The notes under the pieces are model-generated. The model saw nothing but the letters and a program-made list of their open reading frames with translations. It was not told the origin of the DNA and ran no database searches. A stretch of DNA of 64,000 nt, taken from Sphagnum compactum (lineage: Eukaryota). Position numbers and translations under genes: made by a program. This document shows positions 1 to 14,330 of this stretch, piece after piece. Every line of letters begins with the position of its first letter. Position 1 is the first letter of the stretch. The stretch is taken from positions 10,354,001 through 10,418,000 of the forward strand of contig OZ234494.1 in NCBI GenBank assembly GCA_965153455.1, read 5' to 3'.

Positions 1-69
1 GCAGCAAACTAATGCGCAGAGCTAGTCGGACGCACAAAAAGTTCCTGTGAGCAACTCTTTCTCGGATCC

Positions 70-421
70 GAAAACAGCAAAAGCGCAACGGACAGTAAAC
101 ATACTAATGGCACCGCAAAACCTCTTCCGATGCACTCAAAAACTGAACTATTATTGCGAGAATTTGGCGAGATATACCGGGGACAAAGGAGATCGGGCAT
201 CAATTCAATTCAGAGAAAACAGCAAAAGCGAAACGGACAGTAAACATACTAATAGCAATGCAAAACTCTACCGATGAACTCAAAAACTGAACTATTATTG
301 CTAGAATTTGCTCCTCCAATTTAAGAAACCAAAATACGAAAAGCCAGTAAACACAATCGCGAGAGATAGCGAGGACAAAGGAGATCGAGGACAAAGGAGA
401 TTGGGCATCAATTCAGAGAAA
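70..421. repeat. Imperfect tandem duplication, period ~145 bp
   Basis: gaaaacagcaaaagcg..aactgaactattattgc..agaatttg occurs at 70-166 and 215-310. The ggacaaaggagat..ggcatcaattc..agagaaa tail recurs at ~167-219 and ~359-421. Confidence 0.85.
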
Positions 422-898
422 ATTGATCAGAGTCAGACAAAAGAAACTCACTGGAATCTGGCGAGAAAAGAAACTGTTACTGAAGAAAGTGGCGTCGACT
501 TGCTCCTCCCTCGTATCGCGGACTGTTTCCTACGAATCCGTGTCTGTTTTAGCAATGCAGCTATAAGCGGATACCGCAATAGCGCAAGTGTGATAGTCAA
601 TACAGGCTGTCGTCGTCGTCTTCTATAGTTTTGCTAAACTCAGCAAAGTCATTAGATAATGAATCGAGACTCTTTCCAAGAGTTGCGTAACGCAATTCTC
701 CTCCAGAATTTTTTCTAATGTACTCACGACACACTGCTGCTGCCCCTGCAAAATCCCCCAAAACAGGTGAATGCTGCCTGCCACCAGCTTACCTATTTGT
801 GAGAGAATTGCACGTTCGCTACATGACCGTGCGATCAAAGTAATTTCGAAAGTGCGTAAAAACTGGAAACGATCACTTGCATATATAGAGATAGGTAC

Positions 899-900
<2 letters not shown>

Positions 901-943
<43 letters not shown>
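901..943. repeat. (CT)21 microsatellite
   Basis: Directly visible. Confidence 0.98.
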
Positions 944-945
<2 letters not shown>

Positions 946-3187
946 GTTTATTTATGTATTGGAAGGAAAAAAGGAATTCCACAATCAAGAGAAAAAAGTT
1001 TCTCTCAACAACCTTTCTCAACACAATCCATTACGCAAACACGGAAACAGAATGTCAACAAACAAGCCTATTATTAAGGTCCAAGAGTCCCTGCTGCACT
1101 GGAATGTGGACCAAAAAAGGAAAGCAATCTAGAAACAGAGACGAGAGTATCAATATGTATCGAACCCCGCAGAAAAAAAGCTTCCTGTACAGCTGAGTCC
1201 GTAATGAGTAGAAAAAATCCAACCAAACATAAATAAAAATGCTGAAGACAGAGAAACGAATGCGAGCAAGAGACTTTGGGGAGAATAAAATGCACGACGG
1301 CAAAGCGCGTACAGAAAAAACAAACGAAGCCAGGAGGAGAAGAAGCCGTAGAAGAGCGCAACGAAGGAAGAAGATCAAGGGGGGTTTTGGGTTTTTTTTT
1401 TTTTTCTTGGGGCAGCCGACAACGCGTCCCGTGTATCGTATCCCGATGTTGCGCCCTAATTTAATGCTCCGCAAACCCCCCACTACCCAACTACCCAACT
1501 ACCGGCTCTCAAAAACCCCCAATACTAACGGTTCCCAATTTCCAAAAGCTGGCACAAGAAATAATAAAAGGAGAATGACGTTGTTTTGGGGGGGGGGGTG
1601 TGTAGGCACCTAAATTGCTTTATGAGTTTTATACTAATTTATTAGCGTAGTGTTTTTTTTCACCCCCACGGCTCCACCCCCCGGCCCTCCCCCACGATTG
1701 GGCCATAAGATATATTCACCTATCTTCATTGCACGCCGACAATCTAGGCACTAATAACATTAGGAGTTTTTGGACGCCCACTTTCCTAGGTTTTTGCACT
1801 TTTTTGGGGAGGGTTAAATAAGTTTCTAATGGCCTTGGGGGGGGGGGGTTTTGGAAGCCCACTCTCCTAGGTGAAAACAAACCCTTTTTGGGCCTTTTAC
1901 AAGCCCCTAGGTTTTCACATGATTTGGGGGGGAGGGGGTTTCGAGTATAAACCCATGTTGGACCGTTGGAAGCCCAGCACCCTAGGTTCTCTCACTTTTT
2001 GGGGCAGATGGGTACTCTAACCCAACTATAAACCCCAGTTAGGTCTTCGTAATCAACTAGATATCTTTCTCACATTTGGGAGTATATGGCTATGGACCCC
2101 CCCCCCCCCTTAGTTGTTATTATTATGCCTTTTAAAAGCCTCTTAACCTTTTCTCCACTTTTGGAGGTATAGCTATGCACAAATGCAAACCCCCTTAGGT
2201 GGGGGTTTTGGAAAGGCCTAAAAACTTTCGTGCTATTTGGATGAATGGGGGCATTTGGGATATGTTGGTGATGGTTTTCCCCCATTAGAAGAATACCATG
2301 GTGGGGCTACTCTACAAGTACTTCACTTATTCTTGGAGCACTAAATGTAGAGCAATAATTTTAGCCATGACCTGGTGCTAGTACCCATGGCAATAGGCAT
2401 GCAAACAAGCATGAATCAATTAATTGATTTCACTAAATAGGTAAGTACTATATTGGCTCTCCCCCCCTTCCCCCCCCTCCCCCTCCTTTGAATGTGTGGG
2501 TTTCATTTGTTTGAGGAGGGTCTAGTGGGTTGTCATCAAGACCTCATACATAAATATAAAGGCAGGTCATAAGTTCCCATTCAAATCTCGTTTTCTACTT
2601 TCATAACACACTAATATTTTATGAAGGGATTTTCAAGTTTCAAAAATCTAACAATAAAGGTCCTCTATTAAAAGTTCATGATTTAGAATTTTTAAAAAAA
2701 CAATTATTTGGGTAACAAATCCAGGTTCTGCAATCCTTGTATAAACTCAATAGGTACTTGGGTTGATATGCATGAAGAGTTTGTTGATAAATCCAAACAA
2801 TAGTAGAGCTATTATTATAATGTGGGAATTGGTGGTTCAATCATGGGATCACTTGAGATTTCAAGTTTTCAAAAGGGTTTAGGCATCCCAGAATGTGAAT
2901 TGATTTTTTGTGTCACAAGTCAAATTCCTATTGTAAGTACTATGAAGGTTTCATGTGATATAAAAGTGTTGGTAATGAAATCATCCATGTTCATGCCACA
3001 TGGTGTGGATGATGCTTTTATGCCTCCATGATTGCCCATGTTGTTATTGATGAATTTAAAGATGTACATTGCCTCCAACTGAAGTAAAGTTAAATCCAAT
3101 CCATTTATCAATAGAGATCACCTTGTCAGCTTACTAATCTACTTATGAATTGAGTTTGCCCAAGTTTATTCCTTTCAGCAAAATCAA

Positions 3188-3610
3188 TCTCTATTAAGGA
3201 AGATTGGTTTGTTTGTTTTACATGTTTTGTTCATTTTGTTTGTGTGTTACATTGAGATCTCTCAAACCATGGGGCACCCCCCTAAACCCATGGTTTCATA
3301 ATGTTTAAACTTGTGCTCCAAGAGTTATTGAATATTGAACAATTTTGTCTAAGAAAATTCAACAATATCAAAACTTTTTCAAATTGGGAACATGGCACAA
3401 ACTCTTGATACTGTTGGGAAAGCCCTTTGTGAGTGGGATTTCTTGGAGGTGATTTCGTAAATTTTTAGACCTAAGATGGGGGGAGAAATAGGATTTTTTA
3501 ATAAACTTTTCACTATGTATTAATTTTAGAGTTTAATTTTTTTTTTCCACAATTGGGTTTTGTCATTGAAGTCCTATTCACACTTGAGCCAATGGCACAA
3601 GCAACACTAG
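3188..3610 (+). mobile_element. Non-autonomous Helitron-like element, copy 1
   Basis: A|TC 5' end and CTAG|T 3' end. The 3' motif cacacttgagccaatggcacaagcaacactag is shared in inverse orientation with 32183-32653. Confidence 0.65.
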
Positions 3611-5098
3611 TTTTTATTTAAATATTATGCATAATCCACAACATGGAAAAAACTTAAAATCTAAAACATATGGGCCTGTTTTAGGTTACAAATGCATGGA
3701 TTTAAATTTGAGTTTAGACCTGACGTTATTATTAGATGATTTGGTAAATGGATTTTGTAGGCACATTTTGGTTTAAATGTGAACCTTTTCTTAAATCAAA
3801 ATGCATATGACATTTTCATAGTGTTGTGGTCACCATATCAAGGTCATGGTTAAGAAAAAAAGATATATTCGTAGCCATGTCTTTATTGGGTCCTCCACTT
3901 CCCTACTTAGCTTGTTTCACAAGTTCTTGTGATTGCCAATGTTGTTTTTCTGTTTTGCCAATTTCAAGTTTAATGTGCCAAAATGGAAACTAGCCTACCC
4001 ATATGAAGTTTGCTCCAACTTCAAATGCCCTTCCAAAGAAAGGTCCATAGGTTTTTAACTCAACATGAAGGTTCTTTTCTTTTAAACAACATGATTAAAT
4101 ATATCTTTAGGAATCCAATTTTACTTTATTCTTCTTCTTCTTTTCACTTCCTTTCATGTTTCAACTTTCCTAGTGTTTTTTCCTTGGTTAGACATGTGAG
4201 AATTCTATTTCTAGAATTGCTTTACCAATACTTTGCAAAATTCAAATTTAAATTTTTGGGTGCATCATTTACATTAGATCAAGGAGTGCAAAATTTACAT
4301 GGAAACTTAAATCAATAATTATTGATGTTAAGATTTGTGTTATAATTTGCTTGATGCTAATTTGCTTTGCATCCATGTGTTTTATCATTGGAAGAAAAAT
4401 AAATGAAACTTATTTGAATGAACACAAATCTAGTTTACAATGTTTTGATAAATCCATGTTCAATGTTCAATGTCTTTCATTAGTTTCATAACGAGAATTG
4501 AAGGATGTATGAAAATAATTTTGATTGTAGTTATAGTTCATTTTTTCCATAAATTGACACCAAAATTTTATATATTGAAACAAGAGAATTCATTATCTAA
4601 ATGTTGTATCATTTTTCAAATTTTCTATGATATTCAAACCAAAAGTTTTCATCAATTTTTTGCTTCAAAGCAAAAATATATTGAGCCATCCATATGAAAA
4701 TAATATTTGTTGCACCATTTTTTAAGTTCCTATTCATTTTCCATGTTTAGATTCTTGTGTTTTGAAATAAATTAGATTAGAATTGACATCCAAATGAACA
4801 TATATAGAAATTAGAGTATGAGATGTAATGGTAGTTCATTCTTCAAAAAATAATTCCTTACCCAAATTTATATATATTTGAAACAAGAGGAGTGCAAATA
4901 AAATCATACTTTTGGCTTTAATGGTAATTCAAACTTGATTCTCAAGTTTTATTTTTTCTTTTCTTTTGCTCCTTTGAAGTAAAAGAATTCAGGTCCAAAA
5001 TTGTCAATCAAAACTCATAATAAAAGATCACCTTAAATTTGGCAGAAGTCAATCATTGTAGTAAAATGTTGAAATAATCAATTTTCATGTGCACAATA

Positions 5099-5571
5099 GA
5101 GTTATACTTGAAGTACCCCAAACTGGGGCCCAGTGGCCCAAGTTTCGCCAAAACTGGGGACGAAGTGAGAAGTCAGGGTGAAAACAGTACACATTGGGAA
5201 AGGGAAAGGCCCCCCGGGGGAGAACACAGGACAGAATTAGTTTCCTCACCTAAACTGGTCCTCGATGGAGTTTCACCCCCAGTTTTGGATTTGCCTTACC
5301 TCTGCCTCATATTCTTCATTAAATCCTGTAAATCCTCTGAGCTGATACCCAATTTCATGAAATGGTACCCAAATTTGGTCACTGCTACTCATATTCTTCA
5401 TTAAATCCTGTGATTCTGAATAAGATCCTGCAAATCCTCGGAGCTGATACCCAGTTTCATGAAATGGCACCCAAATTCGCTCACTTGGCAACTACACTCA
5501 AAATTTGGGATGAAACAAGGATTAGAGGGTCGAACTTGGGCCCAAAGACAGGGTGACTTTATGGATAACTC
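5099..5571. mobile_element. MITE with ~20-bp imperfect TIRs and TA flanks, containing an internal tandem duplication
   Basis: Left end ta|gagttatacttgaagtacccc; right end reverse-complements to ta|gagttatccataaagtcaccc. Internal ctcatattcttcattaaatcctgt..gagctgataccca.tttcatgaaatgg unit is repeated (~5307-5485). Confidence 0.7.
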
Positions 5572-6782
5572 TAATATTTGGGAAGGCTTTGACACAACCA
5601 ACGGGCACATGAAAGTGTCAGAGAAAAAAAAGGGAAAAAGATTTAATTTGGCCTTGAATTTCTGATTTTACCATGGTGCAATAAATAAATAATGGCAAAT
5701 TTTATCATTTTATCAATAAATTTTTTGGAAAATTTGGGAAAATTGTGTTGATCAAGTGTAAATTTCACTAATTTTTCTATTTTGTTGGAAGTTTGTGTCA
5801 AAAAAATATGCACTTTACTCCTCACTGCACCAATAATAAATTTTAATTCTAGGCCATTATTATGTAACAATTGGCTACAACCCACCCATGTAGAAAACCA
5901 CTTATCGCCGATCATTTAATGATTTTGCACCATAAAGCCATTCAAATTTTTAAATCATTGCTACCATTTGAATTTTGGAAAGGACCCCTTCCTTATTCCT
6001 TACACTCCTAGTAGTAGCAAGCTAATAAACACAATTTCGGAGCAATAAAAACTTATACAAATATTTCAATACAAACGGACTTAAGATATTGAAAATATGA
6101 GCCAAGCCAATCACCAAGATGGGGCTTGATGTCAAATTGTCAATGCCTTCACAAATACCGTGGTGAAGGGTTTTTTTCTTTTTTCTTTTTCTTTTGGGTC
6201 CCTGAAAATTTTTAATTTTACAAAAGTGGCAATTTTTTGAAAAATACAGCTTATTTTCCAATTTTTTGAAGTGATTTTTTTGCGTTAGCTTTCTTAAATT
6301 TGTCTTTGTATGATGTAAAATATAATATATAATTGTAACCTTAATATAAAAAAATTATGTATTAGGGTTAGGGTTCTTAATCAATTTTTGGATTTATTTT
6401 TTGATTTATAACTTTTTGTGTATGTGTATACATTATGGTTGATTTTTGAGTTATTTTTTATTTCAGCTTTCTTGATTTTGTCGTTGTATGTATTGAATGT
6501 ATATTTTCTCAAATTTTATTTCTGTTTTGCATATGATTTTCTTTTGTAAAATCATGGAGGATGGAAGGTCACATATGTGAACATTTCACGTTTTATAATG
6601 GAAAATGAGATGGCAACGATTGTAACTCCTCCATTGCTGAAAGGATCTTCATCTTCCATGGTTGTTGCACCTCCATTGCTACAATTATCAATTGTCAAAC
6701 AGAGTCATAAGAGAAAAAAAAAAAACAATGGATGATGAAACATGATTTAGCACATGTTGGCAATTTTAGCCATTGCCAATTT

Positions 6783-6806
6783 ACCCTAAACCCTAAACCC
6801 TAAACC
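6783..6806. repeat. Interstitial plant telomere-type repeat (CCCTAAA)3
   Basis: accctaaaccctaaaccctaaacc. Confidence 0.85.
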
Positions 6807-7399
6807 TATGACAACCTAAGGGCATAGTGTCTTGTTTGGTTATAAAAGTAATGTTCACTTATAAGTGGTTTTACCTTATACGAATAAATAATGGTATCAT
6901 AGGTTAAATAATGGTATTATTATTATGAATATAATAAATGCTTATTTGTCATTTACCCATTGGTAACTTGTCATCAAACTTGTTGCCTTTCTTTTTTGTG
7001 AAAAAACATTGATTATTGTGGTTATTTGATTCACTACCAAGGTATTATTGGGAGTTTTTTTTATTATGACAATGGGTCAGGATATGGACTAATTTTTATT
7101 TCAAACTTTTCATTTCAATGATAATGGTTTACTCCAAATAACTTATCATCGTCAAATTTGTAATTTTTCATCCATATAAATATATCTAAGTATGTTGTTA
7201 TTTGATCCTATAACAAGTATAATGTTGTCATATCTTGTATTTAGAATAATAACATATTGTATAAACCTTTAAAGGACCATGGAAGAGGATTTAAGTCAAG
7301 CCAACCACATTACCTTCAAATGCATATCAAATTAAAACTATTATTGATGAATTTGACATGCCAATACAAATAAAAACATCATGCACATTTTAATAATGT

Positions 7400-7625
7400 C
7401 AATGTGTTTTTTTTCTGGCCAGATTTTATTTTATTTTTCACCTAAAAATTATGATGTGGACACATACAATGGGTTTTGTTTTCAATGACCTTAATTCGCC
7501 AAATTTCTACAAGTTCCAACAAGTAGCCAAAATATTAAAGGATATTTTCTTACTTTCCTATTTGGTCCATAGCCAAATTTAGATAAATCCTCTTGTGGAC
7601 GATTGCCAGTTTGGCCACATAACAA
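7400..7625. repeat. Dispersed repeat family copy, related to 12255-12553
   Basis: Shares gtagccaaa..at, (gc/ga)taaatc and gga(c/t)gattgcca.tttggc.aca motifs in the same order with the 12255-12553 copy. Confidence 0.55.
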
Positions 7626-9087
7626 ATAAATGTGAGTGAAAAGGGACCAATTTTTTCAAAAGTTCAAAAAGGTCCATTTGAATTTTGTGAAATTTTAGGA
7701 TTCACATGTTAAAATAGATGTGAGTGAAATAAGTCTATCATTTTTCTTATTTAATTTTAAAGATTTGACCTAGAAAATCCAACAATATATCAGACATATT
7801 GTTTTCAAAAGATCGAAATGCAGCTACTACCCCCATAATTACATCACTCTTTAATACTTAACATAACCAAACAATTTTTTTAAATTGTCAATGTAATCCA
7901 TTACTATAACTCAAATCAAGGATACACTCCCACTAACTTTTGAAGTGAAATTGAATGAATGCAAATAAAAATACCATAATAAATGTTTATTAATTATGGT
8001 TCAAAAATAATTAAGCGGACTATTTGGATTGTCACAATTTTAGGTTTTAAAATTATAAATGAACATAAAATGTAAAGTCGTATTTCACATTAATATTGTT
8101 TTTTTTAATTATCCAAATTGTAATACATTTTGTTGAGAATCATAATAAAATTATGGATAAATTCTTTTAAAAAAAGTGGATTCACAATGGACTTTTAAAC
8201 TAATGACATTCTCTTGATCACATACTTAAAAATTGATGTGTGAACTCAAAAAATATGACAACATCAAATGAAATGTTTTAAAATAAAATGCATTGAAATT
8301 TTCCTTATAAATTTATTTTTGAATTTCAAATTTTAATATTGCATTATCAAATTTAATTAGTCCATTCCTTTTTCAAAACTTCATGTTTTACATGGAGTTT
8401 TTGACCAATATATATATAGAAGTATGTTATATTGACAAAATTTGACAAAAAACCATAATTGTGCAATTGTATTACAATTCTTTAAGGAAAATTAACAAGG
8501 ATGAAAATAAAACCTTTTGACAACTTTAATATTACATTGAAAGAATTTTTAGATTGGCACATGATAGCATAAGTAAAGAGATATCAAAAAGTGTGAGGTA
8601 AAAGTAGTTTAGGATATTTAATAAACAACATTTAAATTTTAAAAACGAAAATGTTTATTAGTTGGTCAAACAAATCCATCATAACTTAATGGAGTGCAAA
8701 ATGTGCAAAACTCTATATTATTATTTTCTGATACCTTTTTTTTTACTTTCTTCATAATAATTAATTACCCTAGGTAAAGGTAAACTTGAATTTTTTTGAC
8801 TAAATAAGGTAGAACATGGTACTGTTTGAACCATTTACCACCTAAATAATTTAATTAATTGCATGAATAGAAAAAAATACCAACTGAATAAGGTACATTT
8901 TCACCCTTACATTGCTCGTGGGTATATACTCCATTTAAATATATAAAATTTAAACAACTTACCTGCAAAAGGTAGTTGGGACTAACCACCTTAAAATTGG
9001 TTGTGGGTTTACATTAAGGCTACTTGTCCATGGACATTGCATAGAAATTGTTTACTCATGTTTTGGAAGACTAAGATGCAAAATAAC

Positions 9088-12000
9088 CATTAGAAGAAAT
9101 CTTATAATATGTAACCATTCAATTTGCAACTACTTGCAACTACATGCAGCTACTTATCGTTTGCAACTTTATTTCATCATTTTTACAATTAGTCACTATA
9201 TTTAAAACTTTACAACTATTTTTGTGAGTATGGTGTGACTATTAAATTACACATCCTTTCATATTGACTAACTTTTTGAATTTTTCATTTAAGAATAGGC
9301 TCCTATGTTCATTTAGTTGCAAAATTAGTTAACAACTTGGTACTTATTATGGCGTGTTTATACATTTGATGTACACTAAGGTTTTGTGGATTACATTAAG
9401 AATATATTATATAGATTTTATTCAAAGTATATCAAACATCTATTAAGCTCATTTAACATAATAAAACAAATTATATTCAAGGTACATTCAAAGATATTTA
9501 GTTTGTATTCAAAGTATATCACAAATATATTTGACCATATTATGGGCATATTGGATTGAAAAAAAATCATTTTCATTTTGTATAGTTCACTTTAGAATAT
9601 ACCATTTTTACTCAACAATGATTAAATTATAATAGCAAGGTCATATTAATATGATATAATCGTTGTATTAAACGAACATTAATTATTGATAAATTATTAT
9701 TTTCAAATATTTCATTAATTAATATAAAATATGAACTAAATAATTTTATTTAATCTTTTAATTATTTTAAAACTTATACCAAATAATTAATCAATCAATT
9801 ATCATTTATTAGTTACTTCAAAACTTTATGTTGCTTAACTGGATATAAAATCGTAAATTTATACAATAATTAATCATTATTCATTATTCATATTCATTAA
9901 TTGATTAAGTAAGAAATATGAAATTAGTTAGTTACTTAAAAATTACTTAATTTCTATCAACAAGTCAATAAATATATAAATAAATAATCTACATTTAATA
10001 TTTATCAATCAATCATATATTTAAAATTTTTAAAATTTAGTTATTATGAAATAACTAATTACTCTAAATAATTATTCAGATAATAATTATCTGATTATTC
10101 CTTATTTAAAAAATTCTCAAATATATTATTAGTTCGGAAATATCTCAACAATCTATTTTAGGTAGTGAATAAAGAGTTATGGCCATGGTTAATAGCTAAT
10201 GAATACTAATTAGTAAATATTTAGTTTGCCAATGAATAATAAATAATAAATTCTTCACAAATTGAACTCTCAAGTTAGTATTAATGATTAATTTAAACTG
10301 ATTTAAGTTTTACTTAATAAATAGATAAAATTAATAATATAATATTTATGTCGAATATTTAATTTTTAATTTGTTAATGTTTCTCCAATATAAAGTAGTA
10401 ATTTATTATTATTTAAGAAAATTATTGAACTATGTGATAGTTAATATTTATTAATCAAGAATTATGGTTAATAACTAATAAATATTAATTAGTTAATATT
10501 AATGGTTTATTAAAACTGATTTAATATCTACTAATTAAGTTAATAAGTTAGATTTAATATTCAGGAACTACCGATTAGTTAATAATATATATTTTAGATA
10601 ATCAATTAATACTTAAATAGTTTTTTATTTAATCAGTTGATGACTAGCAATTTAAGAGGGTTATTGTTAAAATTAAAAATAGTATTTTGTTTTAAGTAAT
10701 TGAGTAAATAAAACATTATTATTTTATAAGTAATTGCCAGATAATTAGATATATTAAAAACTTAAATGATTAATTTTGGGACTTGATTAAATAATCAATT
10801 TATTATTATTATTTATTGAAATAACTTATTATTAGTTTTGAGTTATTACTATTAACCAATTGATTAGTTATTGGAAACCATGATAGAATAAAATGTATTT
10901 TCTAAAATTATGAAAAAAAAAAAAAAATGTAATAAGTATTTTTGTAAGTGGGTGGGTGGGTAGGTAATTAGTTATTAACTAATTAATTAGTTAGTTCATT
11001 TATTTATTTTTTACCTATTTAGTTGTATAATTTATAAAATTAAAAACAAGCACAAAATTTGTGGGAGAATCATTTTTAGTTACAACTAAATTTGTGACTA
11101 AGATGCAATTAAAAAGTTGAACCCATATGTTTTGTCTTTTAATGTCATCTACAAAGTATATAAAGAAGGTGCATTCTCTTTTGATTTCACATTAAAAATC
11201 ATGTGTCATTTGGAATGAGTTCAAAGAAGTTTAACTTTAAAGGTGAAACATAAAATAAAATAAAAGTATTTACATGGTTATTTTATAACTCACCTACTTT
11301 TCTACTTGTTTACTTATTTACCTACCTTCCTACTTAGGTAGGTAGGTGGGTAAGTAAATAAGTAACTTAGGTAGGTATGTATTTTAAGTGGGTAGATTTG
11401 TTTCGATGCACATAGTTTAACATATCTACCCACCTATGTAAGTAACTATTTTATTTATTTATTTTTCCAAAATTCAATCAATATGCCATGTGGCAACTTT
11501 TGTTTGTGTCATTTGTCGCAATATAAATACATTTAAATTGAATAATCATAATGGATGGTTGAGATCGAAATTTCAATAAAAATTTAATTTTCATAAAAAA
11601 TTATTCCAAATGCCATGTGTCAGAATCTCTTTTGTCCAAGTTCCATCATGCAAATAGTTGAAATTGGACCATGTTGAATTTTTTTTCATTATCATTTATA
11701 TAAAATAATATAAAAAATTCCAAGTTTTGTCACATGACAAAATCTGATTAGAGAATGTGTTGAAATATATGGCAATCCATAATGGATGGCTTCAATTAAT
11801 ATTTCAATCATAAAAAAATTTGCCCAAAGATATTATGTTGATAAATGGCAATTAATGATAGGGTTATTTAGTAGTTGCAAAAAAATGGTTAATAGTTGGA
11901 GATGTTATACATTAATCAAAGGATGGAAGTGTATATGTTGACTGTATACTTCATCCGTGGGAAATGTGTTGACATCATGTCAAATCATCATTTGCAACTA

Positions 12001-12113
12001 AAGGTTCAATGTGACTTCATTTATGTAACTAATGGATTTCTTAGTTGCAAAGTTGATTGTAACGATTTTTTTGTTACAAATTGTAGTTGCAAATTGATGT
12101 TTTTTTACTAGTG
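9088..12113. mobile_element. Degenerate CACTA-like non-autonomous element with very AT-rich interior
   Basis: Right end ttttttactagtg (reverse complement CACTAGTAAAAAA); left end cattagaagaaa. Many gcaact/agttgc subterminal repeats near both ends. No matching 3-bp TSD. Confidence 0.5.
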
Positions 12114-12254
12114 TAATGTCCAAAGCAACATCCAATTTAAGGATTCAATTTTGCTTCAAATGAGTCCAAATTCATTCCTAGGAATTTGAACCCTAGACAC
12201 CCATTTAAAGTAGGCATTAGTTACAACTTAAAACCAAACAAATGTAGAATTCCA

Positions 12255-12553
12255 ATTGTTTTTTTACTATAAATTTTTTGCCAAAAAACAAGATTATTAT
12301 TTTTTTTAATGTCATTTTGAAGGTTTTTAATCATCAAATTGAAAAAAAAATAGTAAATTTTGATTCATATATTGTTTTCATTGTGTAGCCAAACATATGG
12401 AAAGATGATTAAATATTTGTAATCTATTCATATGGTGTATAGCCATATTTGGCTAAATCTTCCAAGAAATGGTATGATAGCCATTTTTTGTGGAACTTTT
12501 AATGGATGATTGCCACTTTGGCTACAAAGAATAATTCCACCAAAAAAACATTG
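12255..12553. repeat. Dispersed repeat family copy (MITE-like ends tgttttttt..aaaaaaaca)
   Basis: Similar to 7400-7625; a more degenerate relative lies at ~45340-45610. Confidence 0.5.
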
Positions 12554-13885
12554 ATGCAAACTAACAAAGATCAAACATACATTTTCAAACTAAGATCACA
12601 ATTGTTAAAAAGATAAAATCGAACCATACTCACCTTTAAATATCCATTTAAAAAACAAATATTATACGCATAGATGAACAAAAACACTAGGTTTTTTTTT
12701 AATTTTGTTTTCAAGTAGGTGGATTAGTGATCATCCACAACAAGAATGAACCACATTTGGCTAAAGGTCAATGAAGATAGTAGAAATAGGTGAAAGATTT
12801 GGGCATAAAATTTTGGCTCGAAGTTGACCTAATGTGTGAATGACATCTAAAATATTTTGTGTGCAATATGATGGATTAACATGTTCCATAAAAGTGCATG
12901 CATCTAAATGAGAAATTAGAGATCTAGTTTTATGGAAATTTCTAGTTTGAAGTTTGAACTTACAATAAACCAATGTCATTAAACAATGAAGCGTTTGTTT
13001 TGTCTTGACTACCAATTACGTTGTTTTATAGTTTATAGCACAACAACATTGCAACATGTTTGCTAAATTTCGTATTATCACACATGATGATGTATTAGCT
13101 TTGTAGATTGGATTGTAGGTCAAAATGAGGTTGAATTTGATTCGAATAAATTATCTTCACATTATGAATATAATCTAAAATAATTCATTTGGCATTGTTT
13201 GAGATAAATAAACTTGGTATTTTAACTTCCACATTCTATGATGCACCCATGCTAACAAATATACTTGAAAACATGATGCAATATGCAATGTTTTTGGTTC
13301 CATTACTTTATAAATTTTGTATTCCACATGGTTGAAAACTTGTGGGGAGTAAAGGGGAAGGGTCATTATTTTGTGTAATTAAAAACTACATGAATAAAAA
13401 GATAAGGTTCCATATATTGGTTGTTGGGTATAAATTATAATTCAGTTAGTTTTATAATAGGACTATGTTTTTTTTCAAAATCAAAATGTAATTAATATCA
13501 AATGTATTAGAATTTCTCTTACAAATGTAACATATGTATAAAAAAATTATAATAGGTAATTAATTTTTAGTAGGTTGAATTAATAGGATGAAAAGGTCCA
13601 AACACAATAAATGAACCAAAGGGCACAAAGGTAAATGTCTTTTCCAATAACTTCATCATGCGACATTCATGCGTTAGTATATTCATTAGTACAAAAGTAA
13701 AGTGTAGTTCACTAGCTTAAATCATTACGGGACCTTAAAGTGAAATATGTTCATTACACCTTAGTGATTTCACCCTGGTTAAAGTTATTTCATTATAAGG
13801 TCACTATGTAAACATCATGCTTCATTATTAATCGACATAATTCACTTTTATAATTTATTATGGTAAATATTTTTATTTTTATGTT

Positions 13886-14330
13886 CACCAGTAAAAATTG
13901 ACCAAATTGTAACCACTTTAATTGCAACTACATGCGACTATTAGTCATTTGCGACTACCTTTGAATATTTTTGCAACTATTTATTGTGTCAAGGTCATAT
14001 TTACAACTACATTGCAACTAATGATTGATTATTTTGGTTTTCATCCTTCCATGTGAACAACATTTAATTTAACTTTCATCCAAGAATAACAATTTATGTC
14101 CCATTAGTTGCAAATGTGGCTAGTTTAGTTATAGCCCTAATAATATACAAAGGTGTATTTTGTGTATTCTAAAAAATATAGTTGGGTATATTAGGATTTA
14201 CAAATGTATATGAATGACCATATTACATGTGTATTCAAAAATAATTATTAGCATAAAATGCCCTCGATATTATGGTTACAGTAGGTGTATATTTTGAAGT
14301 ATTAAAATTTTATGTAAAATATTTATTAAA
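13886..14330 (+). mobile_element. Left end of a second CACTA-like element related to 9088
   Basis: Begins caccagtaaaaa, then tgtaacca..ttgcaactacatgc like the 9088 copy. Right end not located. Confidence 0.45.

Larger units (their letters stand above)
1..1420 (-). other. Probable 5' UTR/leader introns of a minus-strand gene whose CDS lies left of the window
   Basis: GC-elevated, pyrimidine-rich leader on the minus strand near 1400. Minus-strand donor-like sites AG|GTAAGC at 792 and GTGAGT at ~727, plus a GA microsatellite. No convincing coding exon. Confidence 0.4.

Noticed and set aside
623..1613. Several 95-147 aa ORFs on both strands
   Set aside because: Produced by CT microsatellite and homopolymer runs in leader-like sequence; no domain recognised.
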